A DNA stretch of 64,000 bases, taken from assembly GCA_001774495.1 (NCBI GenBank), contig MFAE01000002.1, positions 42,372 through 106,371 on the forward strand, given 5' to 3'. Shown here one piece after another: positions 30,763-40,767 of this stretch. The notes under the pieces were generated by a model, which was given only the letters and a program-made list of their open reading frames with translations, searched no databases and was not told the origin of the DNA. The stretch is from Candidatus Campbellbacteria bacterium RIFOXYC2_FULL_35_25 (GTDB lineage: Bacteria > Patescibacteriota > Minisyncoccia > Phycocordibacterales > UBA12079). The translations under genes were made by a program, and so were the position numbers. How positions within the stretch are numbered: position 1 is the stretch's first letter; every line of letters begins with the position of its first letter.

Positions 30763-31707
30763 ATGGTTCAGACCGCAAAAAAGAAAACTGGGCAAGACAA
30801 AGTGGTTCAACTCATTCCAGCCGTAGCCGTTGCTCCGAAAGGTCGGGTTCTTGAAACCATCATGGTTCAGGCTCGCCAGATTCGGCCTTGTTCTTTTCAA
30901 CCGAGAAAAGAATTTGGCGATTTAAAATTGTTGAAGGAAAGTATCGAGGAAGGAGGTCAATGTAAAAGAATTGAAGTTTTTCGTGTTCTCGTTGATGACC
31001 CAAAGTCTTCTATCGAGTTTGAGCTTGTTGACGGCGAAAGGCGGTGGAGAACTTGCCAACCCCTTGAGTGGCTTGAGGTTGACATCGTCCGTGAGCCGGA
31101 ACACAAAATGAATCATCATTTGCAATCTTTGATTGCCAACAATTGTGGCAAGCCCCATACCCATATGGAGTTGTCTGAGGCCATTTGGTTACAGACTTCA
31201 AAAAATGGGAAAAGTGTTTACCAGTTGGCAAAGTTGTTGGGGATGTCGCAGTCTACCTTATATTGCTATCTTCGTTTGCAGGAGCTTTTGCCACAATTGC
31301 AGAAACTCATGGGGAGCGAAATCGAAAGTGATAAACAGTTGCGCTTCAATGAAGCCGTTGCTATTGCTAGAGTCCCCAAAGAAAGGCAGATGGAGATTTA
31401 CAACAAAAATCTTGAGTTGCCCCTTCAACTAAGGGTCGAAAATTCAAGGCAAATGGCTGACAACATCGTCGGCAAAAAAACTGGCAAGAAAAAGGACGCA
31501 TGTGATATCAGAAAATCATTTACTAGTCTTGTCTTTAGGCTGGGGATGCAATTGAAAAAAAATTTCCCCCAAGTGACTTCTCAGGTAGTTCAGAACATCG
31601 TGAAACAGGCGGCATCAACCACCGAAGTGGATGATATGGTTGATACTCTTCGCCGTTGTGCCGGTGAGTTCGCAAGAATCGCCGACGAGCTCGATTCCGC
31701 GTCCTGA
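30763..31707 (+). CDS. ParB/Spo0J-like protein, no parA partner (SD-class cassette)
   Basis: QPRKEF, LVDGERRWR, HTH; AGGAGG SD; terminator ~31729-31762. Confidence 0.8.
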   Translation: MVQTAKKKTGQDKVVQLIPAVAVAPKGRVLETIMVQARQIRPCSFQPRKEFGDLKLLKESIEEGGQCKRIEVFRVLVDDPKSSIEFELVDGERRWRTCQPLEWLEVDIVREPEHKMNHHLQSLIANNCGKPHTHMELSEAIWLQTSKNGKSVYQLAKLLGMSQSTLYCYLRLQELLPQLQKLMGSEIESDKQLRFNEAVAIARVPKERQMEIYNKNLELPLQLRVENSRQMADNIVGKKTGKKKDACDIRKSFTSLVFRLGMQLKKNFPQVTSQVVQNIVKQAASTTEVDDMVDTLRRCAGEFARIADELDSAS

Positions 31708-31840
31708 AAAGGACGCACAAACAAAGGCCAAGGCCCGAGGATCCGCAAGGATTCTCGGGCCTTAAATAATTTTAAAAATTGCATATTCTTTCCATTTGAT
31801 ATAATATAAACAATGTTTTATTTACACAGAAAATAAATTT

Positions 31841-33214
31841 ATGAAAATTAGAATAACAGCGATATTTTTAATAATAATAGGTGGATTAATTGGTTATTTC
31901 ATTTATAATTCTCAAGTAAATCCAGAATCAAAATTTTCCTTCAAACTAGGGCTTGATTTAGCTGGAGGAACTCAGTTGGTCTATAACGCTGATACTTCAA
32001 AGGTAGGAGGAGGGGTAGACGCAAAGGATGCAATGGACGGGTTAAGAGATGTTATCGAAAGAAGAACAAACCTTTTTGGTGTTGCTGAACCATTGGTACA
32101 AATAGAAAAAGCTGGTGAAGATTACAGACTTATTATAGAACTTCCCGGTGTTACAGATATTAACCAAGCAGTAACTCTTATCGGAGAAACACCGTTGCTA
32201 GAATTTAAAGTAGAAAGACCAGACGGAAAAACTCAGGAGATTTTAGCTGCGCAAGAAATTTATTTCCAAACTTTACAAAATGTAGAAATTATAGGAGATG
32301 GACAAGTTACTCCAGAGCCAGACCCACTAGCTTTGGAAGAACCTTTTTTGGATACTGGTTTAACCGGCAGTCTTTTAGATAAAGCTCAACTTTCTTTTGA
32401 TTCAACAACAGGTGAGCCAACGGTTTTACTTTCCTTCAACGCAGAAGGGAAAGCTATGTTTGCTGAAATAACTAAAGAAAATATTGGTAAAATAGTAGCA
32501 ATTTATTTAGATGGTGCCCCAATAACAACTCCTGTTGTTAGGGAAGCCATAAGAGATGGTAAGGCAGAAATTTCTGGTGGATTCAGTCCTGAAGAGGCAA
32601 AAAAACTTGTTAGAGATTTAAACTACGGAGCTTTGCCTGTGCCGATTGAATTGCTTTCTACCCAAACTGTTGGAGCTTCTTTGGGCGAAGGCGTGTTTAA
32701 CAAGGGAGTTAATGCAGGACTTTATGGTTTAATCGCGGTGGCATTCTTTTTACTTATTTGGTATCGATTACCTGGTTTTATTTCAGTTGTCGCTTTAATG
32801 TTTTATGTAGGGATTATGTTGGCACTATTCAAAGTTGTCCCGGTTACTTTGACATCAGCAGGTATCGCAGGATTTATTATGTCTATTGGTATGGCAGTGG
32901 ACGCAAATGTTCTTGTCTTTGAAAGAGTAAAGGAAGAATTGAGAAAGGGCTTGGATATAGAAAATGCTATAAAGGAAGGTTTTGCAAGAGCTTGGCTTTC
33001 AATTCGTGACTCAAATATTTCAAGTATTATTACTGCGGTGATTTTGTTCTGGCTTGGAACATCATTGGTTCAGGGGTTTGCTTTGACTTTCGGTATCGGA
33101 GTTCTAATCAGTATGTTCACAGCCCTTACAATAACGAGAACATTGCTTTTGGCAATTGCTCCAAAAAAGGAGGGAGATTTATCCAAATTTTTATTTAGCA
33201 ACGGGCTTAAATAA
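31841..33214 (+). CDS. secD: Protein translocase subunit SecD
   Basis: LGLDLAGG, GVAEP, GALPVP, IGMAVDANVLVFER. Confidence 0.97.
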   Translation: MKIRITAIFLIIIGGLIGYFIYNSQVNPESKFSFKLGLDLAGGTQLVYNADTSKVGGGVDAKDAMDGLRDVIERRTNLFGVAEPLVQIEKAGEDYRLIIELPGVTDINQAVTLIGETPLLEFKVERPDGKTQEILAAQEIYFQTLQNVEIIGDGQVTPEPDPLALEEPFLDTGLTGSLLDKAQLSFDSTTGEPTVLLSFNAEGKAMFAEITKENIGKIVAIYLDGAPITTPVVREAIRDGKAEISGGFSPEEAKKLVRDLNYGALPVPIELLSTQTVGASLGEGVFNKGVNAGLYGLIAVAFFLLIWYRLPGFISVVALMFYVGIMLALFKVVPVTLTSAGIAGFIMSIGMAVDANVLVFERVKEELRKGLDIENAIKEGFARAWLSIRDSNISSIITAVILFWLGTSLVQGFALTFGIGVLISMFTALTITRTLLLAIAPKKEGDLSKFLFSNGLK

Positions 33215-33608
33215 TCAAATTCGGCACATTTCTTCGTCAGCTTCAGAAAAATTATTTTCACCTTATAGAAAATAAGGCTCAAACAATTTTCCTTCGCTTC
33301 CTCGAACTGTATCCAAATTTGATTATTTAATAGTTTTCTCTACGAGGTGAAGCGGGGGATAGCACTTGGGGCAAGCCCTCGGGTAGCGAAGTGAATGGAA
33401 GATTTTACCTTGAGAACTTTTGAAATTTCTAAATCTCAAAAAAGACGACGAATAGCTCCACCATTCGTCGTCTTTCGTCTTTGTGAGGGCTTTGGCCCGA
33501 AGCAATCCAGAATCTTTTATTTTCCATTGCAAACCCCCTCCTATTTTGCTATATTCAACCCAGAAACATAGGCGATTTTGACAATAATCTTTGATAAGGG
33601 ATAAGACT

Positions 33609-34436
33609 ATGAAGGCCATCGACAAAAAAGATGTAAGGCTAGGAACTGTGGTTATGGTGGCGAGTTCCGTATTAGGAGTTTTTTTTGGAGTTGTCATTTG
33701 TCCGGAGGCTTGGCTTAAGTTAGCCAACAAAACAAATACCTTCTCTTTTAGTGACACCATTTCATTAGAAAAAGGAGGATACCTTTATCTTAAAGTGTTG
33801 GGGGATTTAAGATATAGAAATTGTATCATTGAATACGATGTCGTTGACCCTGAATTTGGCTGGAATATCATTGCTGGGAACAACAGTGAAGAAGTAGAAT
33901 GCTTAGTAAATGGCTTATTAAGCAATAAATACTACGGGCCTGTAGGCGATTTGTTTACCCCCCAAGACTTTGATCCATTATCTAGTTGGGGGTGGGCTAA
34001 GCATGATTTACATATGTTAAGCGTTTACCTTCAGGGGCAGAGTCATCCCGGTTCATTTTTTTCTGCTAAACAAAATGAACTTCTTCGTATCTTCCACAAA
34101 GGAATCCCTCTCAACTCAAAGGTTAGTCTGAAGGAACACCCAAAATCATTGTACCCAAGTAAGGTCGTAGACGACAGTGACCTCAGAACCGTCGGCGAAA
34201 GGGAACTTTCCGAAGTGCTCCTTCGTAGGAAAGACACGAAACCGACCATTATCTCGGTACCGACCAAGGAGCAATTGGACTCCACTCCACCCGAAAAGGT
34301 TTGGGATCGTAAGGTTGACCCCATCGCCTCTTGCTCCGATGAAGGATTTCAACCGGGGCTGGAAATTCCAACTGTCAAAATTCCCCAAAAAGTCGAAGAA
34401 GGTATTGACGAATTATCAATGCCGATGGCTCTGTAA
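33609..34436 (+). CDS. Orphan membrane-anchored protein between secD and secF
   Basis: TTGCAA-N17-TATATT promoter, weak SD, terminator ~34462-34504. Confidence 0.65.
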   Translation: MKAIDKKDVRLGTVVMVASSVLGVFFGVVICPEAWLKLANKTNTFSFSDTISLEKGGYLYLKVLGDLRYRNCIIEYDVVDPEFGWNIIAGNNSEEVECLVNGLLSNKYYGPVGDLFTPQDFDPLSSWGWAKHDLHMLSVYLQGQSHPGSFFSAKQNELLRIFHKGIPLNSKVSLKEHPKSLYPSKVVDDSDLRTVGERELSEVLLRRKDTKPTIISVPTKEQLDSTPPEKVWDRKVDPIASCSDEGFQPGLEIPTVKIPQKVEEGIDELSMPMAL

Positions 34437-34672
34437 AATCTACATTGTCGTTAGAGGTTCTAAACCGCAGGGAGCTGTCCCATACAGCCTCCTGCGGTTT
34501 TTTTGCCCTTTTATTAAGAACAAAGAGGTGAGAACTTGCCCATAAGCCCCTTTTGGTATAATATAAACACATTAATTTTTTAAAAAAATTAATAATTAAG
34601 ATTCACGAGAAAGCTTGTGAAGTAAATTTTTTTGACTTACTACTTATTACTTAATACTTACTACTAATCATT

Positions 34673-35581
34673 ATGTTTGTAATTAAATACAGAAAAATAT
34701 TTTATACGATCGCAGTCTTGTTAGTAGGATCTTCGTTTTTCGTGATGGCCTTCTACGGGGTTAATCTCAGTATTGATTTCACAGGAGGAGCAATCACCGA
34801 GGTTATTTATCCTGAAAGTGAAATCGATTTGCCATCTATCAGAGAAGATTTAGATAAATTAGATCTTGGAAATTACACGATTCAGAAAGCCGGAGGGGAC
34901 GGGGTTATTTTGAGAACCAAAGATTTAACCGAAGAAGAAAGATTAGGTGTTATGAGTTCTCTTGCTCTTGGTGATACTGTAAAAATTGAGGAAAAAAGAT
35001 TTAACTCGATTGGTCCTGTTATTGGAGAAGAATTGAAAAGCAAGGCTTTGTGGGGTCTTATCTTGGTCATTATTGCTATTATTTTATTCGTCGCTTTTTC
35101 TTTTAGAAAAGTTTCTGAATTAGGAAAAGAAAGTGTCTCATCATGGAAATATGGAATGGTGGCTATTTTGGCTCTTATTCATGACATTTCTATCCCAACT
35201 GGTATCTTTGTTATATTAGGTCATTTCTATATTGATTATCAAATTGATATTTTGTTTGTGACTGCTCTCTTGGCGATTCTCGGATTTTCAGTGAACGATA
35301 CTATCGTTGTTTTTGACAGGGTTAGAGAAAATCTTAAAAATAGCCTAAAAGGGGAAACTTTTGAACAAATTGTTGGGAAGAGTTTAAGTCAAACTTTTGC
35401 TCGTTCTATAAATACATCTTTAACTGTTTTGATTGCCCTTGGCTCTTTGTTTTTCTTTGGAGGAGAAACAACAAAACAATTTGCATTGGTTCTCGTCTTT
35501 GGAGTTACCTTTGGAACTTACTCATCAATATTCCTGGCTTCTCCTTTGCTTGTTACTTGGCAAAAATTCTCTAATAAATAA
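34673..35581 (+). CDS. secF: Protein translocase subunit SecF
   Basis: IDFTGG, IGPVIGEEL, GFSVNDTIVVFDRVREN, GTYSSIFLASP. Confidence 0.97.
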   Translation: MFVIKYRKIFYTIAVLLVGSSFFVMAFYGVNLSIDFTGGAITEVIYPESEIDLPSIREDLDKLDLGNYTIQKAGGDGVILRTKDLTEEERLGVMSSLALGDTVKIEEKRFNSIGPVIGEELKSKALWGLILVIIAIILFVAFSFRKVSELGKESVSSWKYGMVAILALIHDISIPTGIFVILGHFYIDYQIDILFVTALLAILGFSVNDTIVVFDRVRENLKNSLKGETFEQIVGKSLSQTFARSINTSLTVLIALGSLFFFGGETTKQFALVLVFGVTFGTYSSIFLASPLLVTWQKFSNK

Positions 35582-35789
35582 TCCAAATTTGACGAACTTC
35601 TTCGTCGACTACGAAAAAAACTTCCTCACCGTATATTAAATACGGCTCGGAAGTTTTTTTCTTGTCTCCTCAAATTTCATCCAAATTTGAATCATTTAAG
35701 TTCGTCGGCAAGTTTACAATTTCATTCGGGGCCTTCGGATTATAATAATCAAAAAGAAAAAGCGTGGTGGCCTCCGGGCACCACGCTTT

Positions 35790-36029
35790 TTATTTTTTTA
35801 TTTTCCCCAACAGGGCGAAGATACAATACACAAGTGTCATCAATATATCTTCCCTTGAGGTAGGAATCAAAAAAAGTTTCAAAGACCTCGTTTCGTGATC
35901 GGGGCTTAACGCCCACTCAACCAACTTGGCATCAATAATCTCAGCAAGATTTATCGAAATTACCATCATTGTGATGACGATGCCCACAACAAACCATACC
36001 GATATTTCTCTCTCCCGTTGGTTTTGCAT
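35790..36029 (-). CDS. Small orphan membrane protein (SD-class cassette)
   Basis: AAGGGGG SD, terminator ~35757-35791. Confidence 0.55.
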   Translation of the reverse strand: MQNQREREISVWFVVGIVITMMVISINLAEIIDAKLVEWALSPDHETRSLKLFLIPTSREDILMTLVYCIFALLGKIKK

Positions 36030-36156
36030 GAAATCCCCCTTAAAGAAAAAGAACAAGTCTATCAAAAAAGAAACAATTTTTTACTTATTTTATTATATAC
36101 TAAAAAAAAAGCCCCGCGCAAGCGTAGGGCTCTCGAAATCTTCAACAAAGAAGACT

Positions 36157-36492
36157 TCACTTTTTTCGAATGAACTGAAAAATCTTTCGAGGAAAATCAG
36201 GTGGTCCAAGGGTTTCTTCCCAACAACCCCTTTCATCGTTTGGAGGAGGGTCTCCTTTCCCACATACAAACGATTTTATTTCCAAACTCTTTTCTCCATG
36301 GAGTTTGATTTTTTTTCCGTTTAATTCTGCGATGGCGTTAATATTTAGAAAGTGGTGAATTCGGATAGTGTCGTCGGGAATATGAATTTTTGTTAAATCA
36401 AAACCATTGATTACTTTTGCTTTTTCTTCTCCCTTTCCTGTGGCTAATAAAAAGTATCCAGTTAAGATGGGTCGTATAGGTTTCAGTTTCAT
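36157..36492 (-). CDS. Orphan protein (SD-class cassette)
   Basis: AGGAG SD, terminator ~36102-36131. Confidence 0.6.
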   Translation of the reverse strand: MKLKPIRPILTGYFLLATGKGEEKAKVINGFDLTKIHIPDDTIRIHHFLNINAIAELNGKKIKLHGEKSLEIKSFVCGKGDPPPNDERGCWEETLGPPDFPRKIFQFIRKK

Positions 36493-36715
36493 GGAGGGGC
36501 TCCTCTCTAAAGTTTTTCTTCGAAAGACTGTTATTTCTCAAGTAAAATTTACCACAAATTTCTCATCTTAGCCAATCTTAATTAAATAAAAATCCCCAGT
36601 AACCGGAGCACTGTGGATTTTAAAATTTTGTTGCGATAACGGTCAAGACTATGTTATATTTTACTCAGAAAATGTCGTTTAAGATGAATCTATGTTCCTT
36701 TGAGAGGAGGTTGCC

Positions 36716-37096
36716 ATGAAGTTCCCTAATTGTATTTTATCTAACAGAAAAAAAGATAAAAAAACACAGTTCAATTGCATCGGACTTGTTTTTTCAGAAG
36801 GGGGGAGGATGGTGGTCTTCACTGATTTTTTTCCTCCCGAGAATTCTGGCTTCCAAGTACACGAGCAAAGGTTACAGGGGGTCACAGAAAACAGAGATTG
36901 GCTCCCAATTCTAAACATGGCAACAGGGGTTGTCGAAAACTGTGGAGAGCTTCACGACCCGTCCGAGGAAGAGATTTCTCAAATCCGCAACACTCTCCGA
37001 GGAGAGAAAGATTTTTCCCTTTTCGTGGAGACTCTCCGAAGGAGAATCGCCAATTCCTCAGGAGTTGAGCCACTAAGAGCAGTAGCTCTCGGCTGA
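36716..37096 (+). CDS. Orphan protein (SD-class cassette)
   Basis: AGGAGG SD, TTGCGA-N18-TATATT, terminator ~37123-37148. Confidence 0.65.
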   Translation: MKFPNCILSNRKKDKKTQFNCIGLVFSEGGRMVVFTDFFPPENSGFQVHEQRLQGVTENRDWLPILNMATGVVENCGELHDPSEEEISQIRNTLRGEKDFSLFVETLRRRIANSSGVEPLRAVALG

Positions 37097-37378
37097 CAGA
37101 AACGTAGTTCTTGTAGAATAAAGAAAGGCCCACTCCTGTGGGCCTTTTAATTTTTCCCTTATTACTTACTACCAACTACTCACTACCTACTACTAACTAT
37201 CCCTTTATCGTTGTATTTTAGTACCGTCTTTGATAGTATGAATCCAGTTTTATTGGGGTTGTCCCGATCACAGTCCTTTGACGTTTAAGGAATAAAAACA
37301 GTAAACAAAGGAGGTCATCGTCCGAAACAAAACTGGCCAGAACTTACTGACAAAAAATAACAAGGAAGGAGAAACGCC

Positions 37379-38101
37379 GTGAACTTTAATGGAAAGATTT
37401 GGGCAGCATTGGACACAAACAAAAAGCGCGCTTTGGAAATCGCCAAAATGATAGCGCCGCACCCGTCCATTTTTGGCTTCAAAATCAATCGGTTGGTTGA
37501 TCAAGAAGCCTTTCGCAAAGACGGCGAACCTCGGCTATTTGAAGAATTGGCCCAGTATGGCAAACCCATTTGGGTTGACCTTAAGTTTTTCGATATCCCT
37601 AGGACTGTGGTTGGAAGACTCGAACCATATATTTCTTCGGGGATGGTTCAATTTGTAACCGTTATGGCCAAGGGCGAGGTTGACATGATGTCAGACGGGG
37701 TCAATGCCTGTGGTGATAATGCGTCAATTATCGCTGTCACGGAACTGACATCGTTTTCTGAAGAATTGGTTCACCTTGGAAGCGGGCACCCATCAAAGGC
37801 CTCAGTTATTAGTTTGGCCAGGATTGTTGTTCTCTCGGGCGTAAAATATCTAGTTTGCTCCTCCAAAGAGTTGCCCGTTTTGAATGAACGCCGAGAGCTC
37901 ACAGGCCTCAGAAAGTTTGTCCCAGGGATTACCCCCGCGTGGAAACTTACTGGTGACGAAGTTGACCAGAAGAGAACAGGGACTCCTGGATTTGCCCTGA
38001 GCAACGGTGCCGACAAAATAGTCATTGGTGGGGCTATCGTTAATGCGGATGACCCGCTCGACGCTGTCGAAAAAACAGCACAGGAAATCTTTCGTATTTA
38101 A
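37379..38101 (+). CDS. pyrF: Orotidine-5'-phosphate decarboxylase
   Basis: ALD, DLKFFDIPRTV catalytic motif, VTELTS, VPGI, DQKR. Confidence 0.88.
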   Translation: MNFNGKIWAALDTNKKRALEIAKMIAPHPSIFGFKINRLVDQEAFRKDGEPRLFEELAQYGKPIWVDLKFFDIPRTVVGRLEPYISSGMVQFVTVMAKGEVDMMSDGVNACGDNASIIAVTELTSFSEELVHLGSGHPSKASVISLARIVVLSGVKYLVCSSKELPVLNERRELTGLRKFVPGITPAWKLTGDEVDQKRTGTPGFALSNGADKIVIGGAIVNADDPLDAVEKTAQEIFRI

Positions 38102-38222
38102 CCGTTTTTATTCTTCAATCAAGAAAGGCCCACTCCGGTGGGCTTTTTTACTTACTCCTTGATACTTGCTACTCACTACCAACTACCAACTACCAACTAA
38201 ATACTGTTATAATAAAACTCAT

Positions 38223-38663
38223 ATGGAAAATAAAGAACCAATTTTATTTTATGAAAAAAAATTTTATTGCTTTTCAAATTTTTCATCCTTTGCTGTTGAA
38301 TGGAAAGGTTCCTTATGGATGACATTAGAACACGCTTATCAATCCGCAAAATTTACAGACGAAAATATTATCAATGAGATTAAAAATGCTCGTTCATCTT
38401 ATGATTCAAAAAAAATAGCCCAGAAATATCCGGATAAAGTAAAAAATGATTGGGAAGATCTTAAACTATCTATTATGGAAGAAATCATTCGAGCTAAATT
38501 AGAACAACATCCATATATTCAAGAGAAATTATTACAAACAGAAGAACGCGAAATCATTGAGGATTCTCACAAAGATGCTTTTTGGGGTTGGGGGCCAAAC
38601 AAAGATGGAGAAAATCACCTTGGTAAACTTTGGATGAAATTAAGATCTGAAATTAATAAATAA
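38223..38663 (+). CDS. NADAR family protein (YbiA-like)
   Basis: FSNF, EHAYQSAKF, D.FWG.G...GENHLGKLWM.LR. Confidence 0.9.
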   Translation: MENKEPILFYEKKFYCFSNFSSFAVEWKGSLWMTLEHAYQSAKFTDENIINEIKNARSSYDSKKIAQKYPDKVKNDWEDLKLSIMEEIIRAKLEQHPYIQEKLLQTEEREIIEDSHKDAFWGWGPNKDGENHLGKLWMKLRSEINK

Positions 38664-38734
38664 AAGAAAGAAAAGAAATAAAAAAAACAACATTCTATCA
38701 TTCTATAGAATGATAGAATGAAAAAATAGGAAAT

Positions 38735-38871
38735 AAAAAAGGCTAACGTGTAGGCATCACGTCGCCTTTATTCGCTTCGGGTATCTAAAGCCCTAGATAT
38801 TTTCCCCTTAGTCGCCACCGCTTTTAAGGTGGTAGTTTCGTTACCTAGCAATAGAATTGCTCGATAACATT
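38735..38871 (-). ncRNA. Putative ~135-nt small RNA
   Basis: TTGACA-N16-TAATAT (extended -10) promoter, three hairpins, terminator plus U tract, no ORF. Confidence 0.5.
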
Positions 38872-39046
38872 ACTATCATATTATCATATTAAAAACATTT
38901 GTCAATGGAACCCCCCAACCCCAAACATTAAAAAATAACATTCTATCATTCTATAGAATGATAGAATGAAAAAATAGAAATTAAAAAATAGAAATAAAAA
39001 AAGCCCCGCGTTTCCACGGGGCTTTGGAAGAAACGGTTTCAAAAAC

Positions 39047-39778
39047 CTATTCTTCAGCCAATAACAATCCATATTCTTCCAAATCAACAACTATTCCGTT
39101 GGCTGTACCTAGTCCAAAACCATGAATTCGCCGGAGTTCTTTCCTGGTTTTTTTGAGCAGATCACCGATTGTAGTGATACCAGATCCTTTTAGGCATCTT
39201 GTTCCACGAATCGATAAAAAAAGCTCGTCAATACTTAGCTCCCTAATCGGATCTAACCCTATATCAGGATTAAAATTCTCCAAGAGAGATTTTCTCCAAC
39301 GTCTTTGCCAATCGGCTCTTCCCAAGTCTTTATAGGCTTCAGAGATTTCCCGGCGTTTTTCTGCAACAATTTTCTCGAGCTCTTTTTCAAGCTCGGAAAT
39401 AATTCGCTGTTTTTCCTCCACAGTTTTTTTGAAGTGAATCCGAAGAAGCTTTTTTACTGAAATGTTGAAAATTTTTGATTTCCCCAACATATCAAGTAAT
39501 GTATCTTTAACTTCGTCTTCTTTCTTCAAAATAACATGTTCAGGAACATCATATAGATGGGCAATATCTTTCCTCGTTTTTCTTTTTTTTCCACCCAGAC
39601 CAAACTTCCACCCAATAATCAGTGAACCCATTTCCCCAAGGGAATCAACAAGGTCATTGATTATGGTGATGTCACTTTCTATGAATGGCAGCATTCCCTT
39701 GGTCGCTTTTTCAGACGAATTTACTCCGAACAAAAAAAGGATCAATTTCCTATAACTCTTCATCGCTGAATCTTTCAT
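39047..39778 (-). CDS. Sigma-70 region-4-like HTH / coiled coil / RNA polymerase alpha C-terminal domain fusion
   Basis: C-terminal SIDELFLSIRGTRCLKGSGITTIGDLLKKTRKEL..I.GFG matches alphaCTD; N-terminal KFGL.G....T.KDIA; GAGGAG SD. Confidence 0.75.
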   Translation of the reverse strand: MKDSAMKSYRKLILFLFGVNSSEKATKGMLPFIESDITIINDLVDSLGEMGSLIIGWKFGLGGKKRKTRKDIAHLYDVPEHVILKKEDEVKDTLLDMLGKSKIFNISVKKLLRIHFKKTVEEKQRIISELEKELEKIVAEKRREISEAYKDLGRADWQRRWRKSLLENFNPDIGLDPIRELSIDELFLSIRGTRCLKGSGITTIGDLLKKTRKELRRIHGFGLGTANGIVVDLEEYGLLLAEE

Positions 39779-39979
39779 GGCAAACTCCTCGTGTTGAATA
39801 GTCTTTAAATTGTCAAAAACAAAATCAAATCTCGTACAAGAATACAAGATTTACTTTCATTTGTCAATCTCCAACCCCCAACCCAAATCTTAAAAAATTT
39901 TGTTACGTAGATTGTTACGTAGCACGCTACGTAACAGATGCTATAATAAAAATATTAAAAAAATAACTATTCAAATTAT

Positions 39980-40138
39980 ATGGAAAAATATACTAGAAAA
40001 GTTACGAGGGTGGGGAAGAGGAGTTTATCCGTCGTAATTCCTGCTGAAATCGTCGATGAATTAAAAATTCGTGAAAAACAAAAACTCAACATCCACCGCT
40101 CAGGAAAAAAAATCATAATCGAAGATTGGAAAAAATAA
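39980..40138 (+). CDS. AbrB/MazE/SpoVT-family DNA-binding protein (52 aa, not in ORF track)
   Basis: MEKYTRKVTRVGKRSLSVVIPAEIVDELKIREKQKL...IIIEDW. Confidence 0.8.
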   Translation: MEKYTRKVTRVGKRSLSVVIPAEIVDELKIREKQKLNIHRSGKKIIIEDWKK

Positions 40139-40277
40139 AAAGAAAGAAAAGAAATAAAAAAAACAACATTCTATCATTCTATAGAATGATAGAATGAAAA
40201 AGTAGAAATTAAAAAATAGGAATAAAAAAAGCCCCGCATCTTCGCGGGGCTTTTTGGGCTACTTGAAAAGGTACAAG

Positions 40278-40532
40278 TTACTTGAGTTTGTCGGCGTGGA
40301 TTTCTTCCAAGCGGCAAACAATATCCTCGGCTGTTTGGGGGTAATCGTAGATAGCTATGGCCCCCTTGTTTTGAAAAGCAATTACAGTCATCCACTCTAT
40401 TAGATTATCTTTTACCCACGCCACAACATTTTCTCGATGGTTCTTTAATCCATCAATCAGAGCTGTTATGACCTCTTCTTCGGTGGGAGTAATATAATCA
40501 TCAATAACCTGTTGGACTATTTCTTTCCGCAT
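40278..40532 (-). CDS. Orphan protein (SD-class cassette)
   Basis: GGGGTG SD, TTTACA-N17-TATGTT, terminator ~40224-40255. Confidence 0.6.
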   Translation of the reverse strand: MRKEIVQQVIDDYITPTEEEVITALIDGLKNHRENVVAWVKDNLIEWMTVIAFQNKGAIAIYDYPQTAEDIVCRLEEIHADKLK

Positions 40533-40767
40533 TTTTTCACCCCATAGTTTGTATAAGAAAGTTCACAAAAACCTCTTTTTTCTGCTTAAAACATACATCA
40601 CGAAGCTTGATTTGTAAAGGATTTTAATTCTCCCAACTCCAACCATTAAAGAACAACATTCTAACATTCTATAGAATGATAGAATGAAAAAATAGAAATA
40701 AGAAAACCGCCCAATAGAAACGGGCGGTTTCTTTTTGGGCGGGTGTTGTTTTGGAAGTGAAATCAGA

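Larger units (their letters stand above)
38691..40686. repeat. Four copies of the 30-bp palindrome CATTCTATCATTCTATAGAATGATAGAATG with conserved A-rich flanks
   Basis: 38691-38720, 38939-38968, 40167-40196, 40657-40686 (one mismatch). Confidence 0.92.

Noticed and set aside
38691-40686. CRISPR array
   Set aside because: Spacers are 0.2-1.2 kb and contain genes; no cas genes
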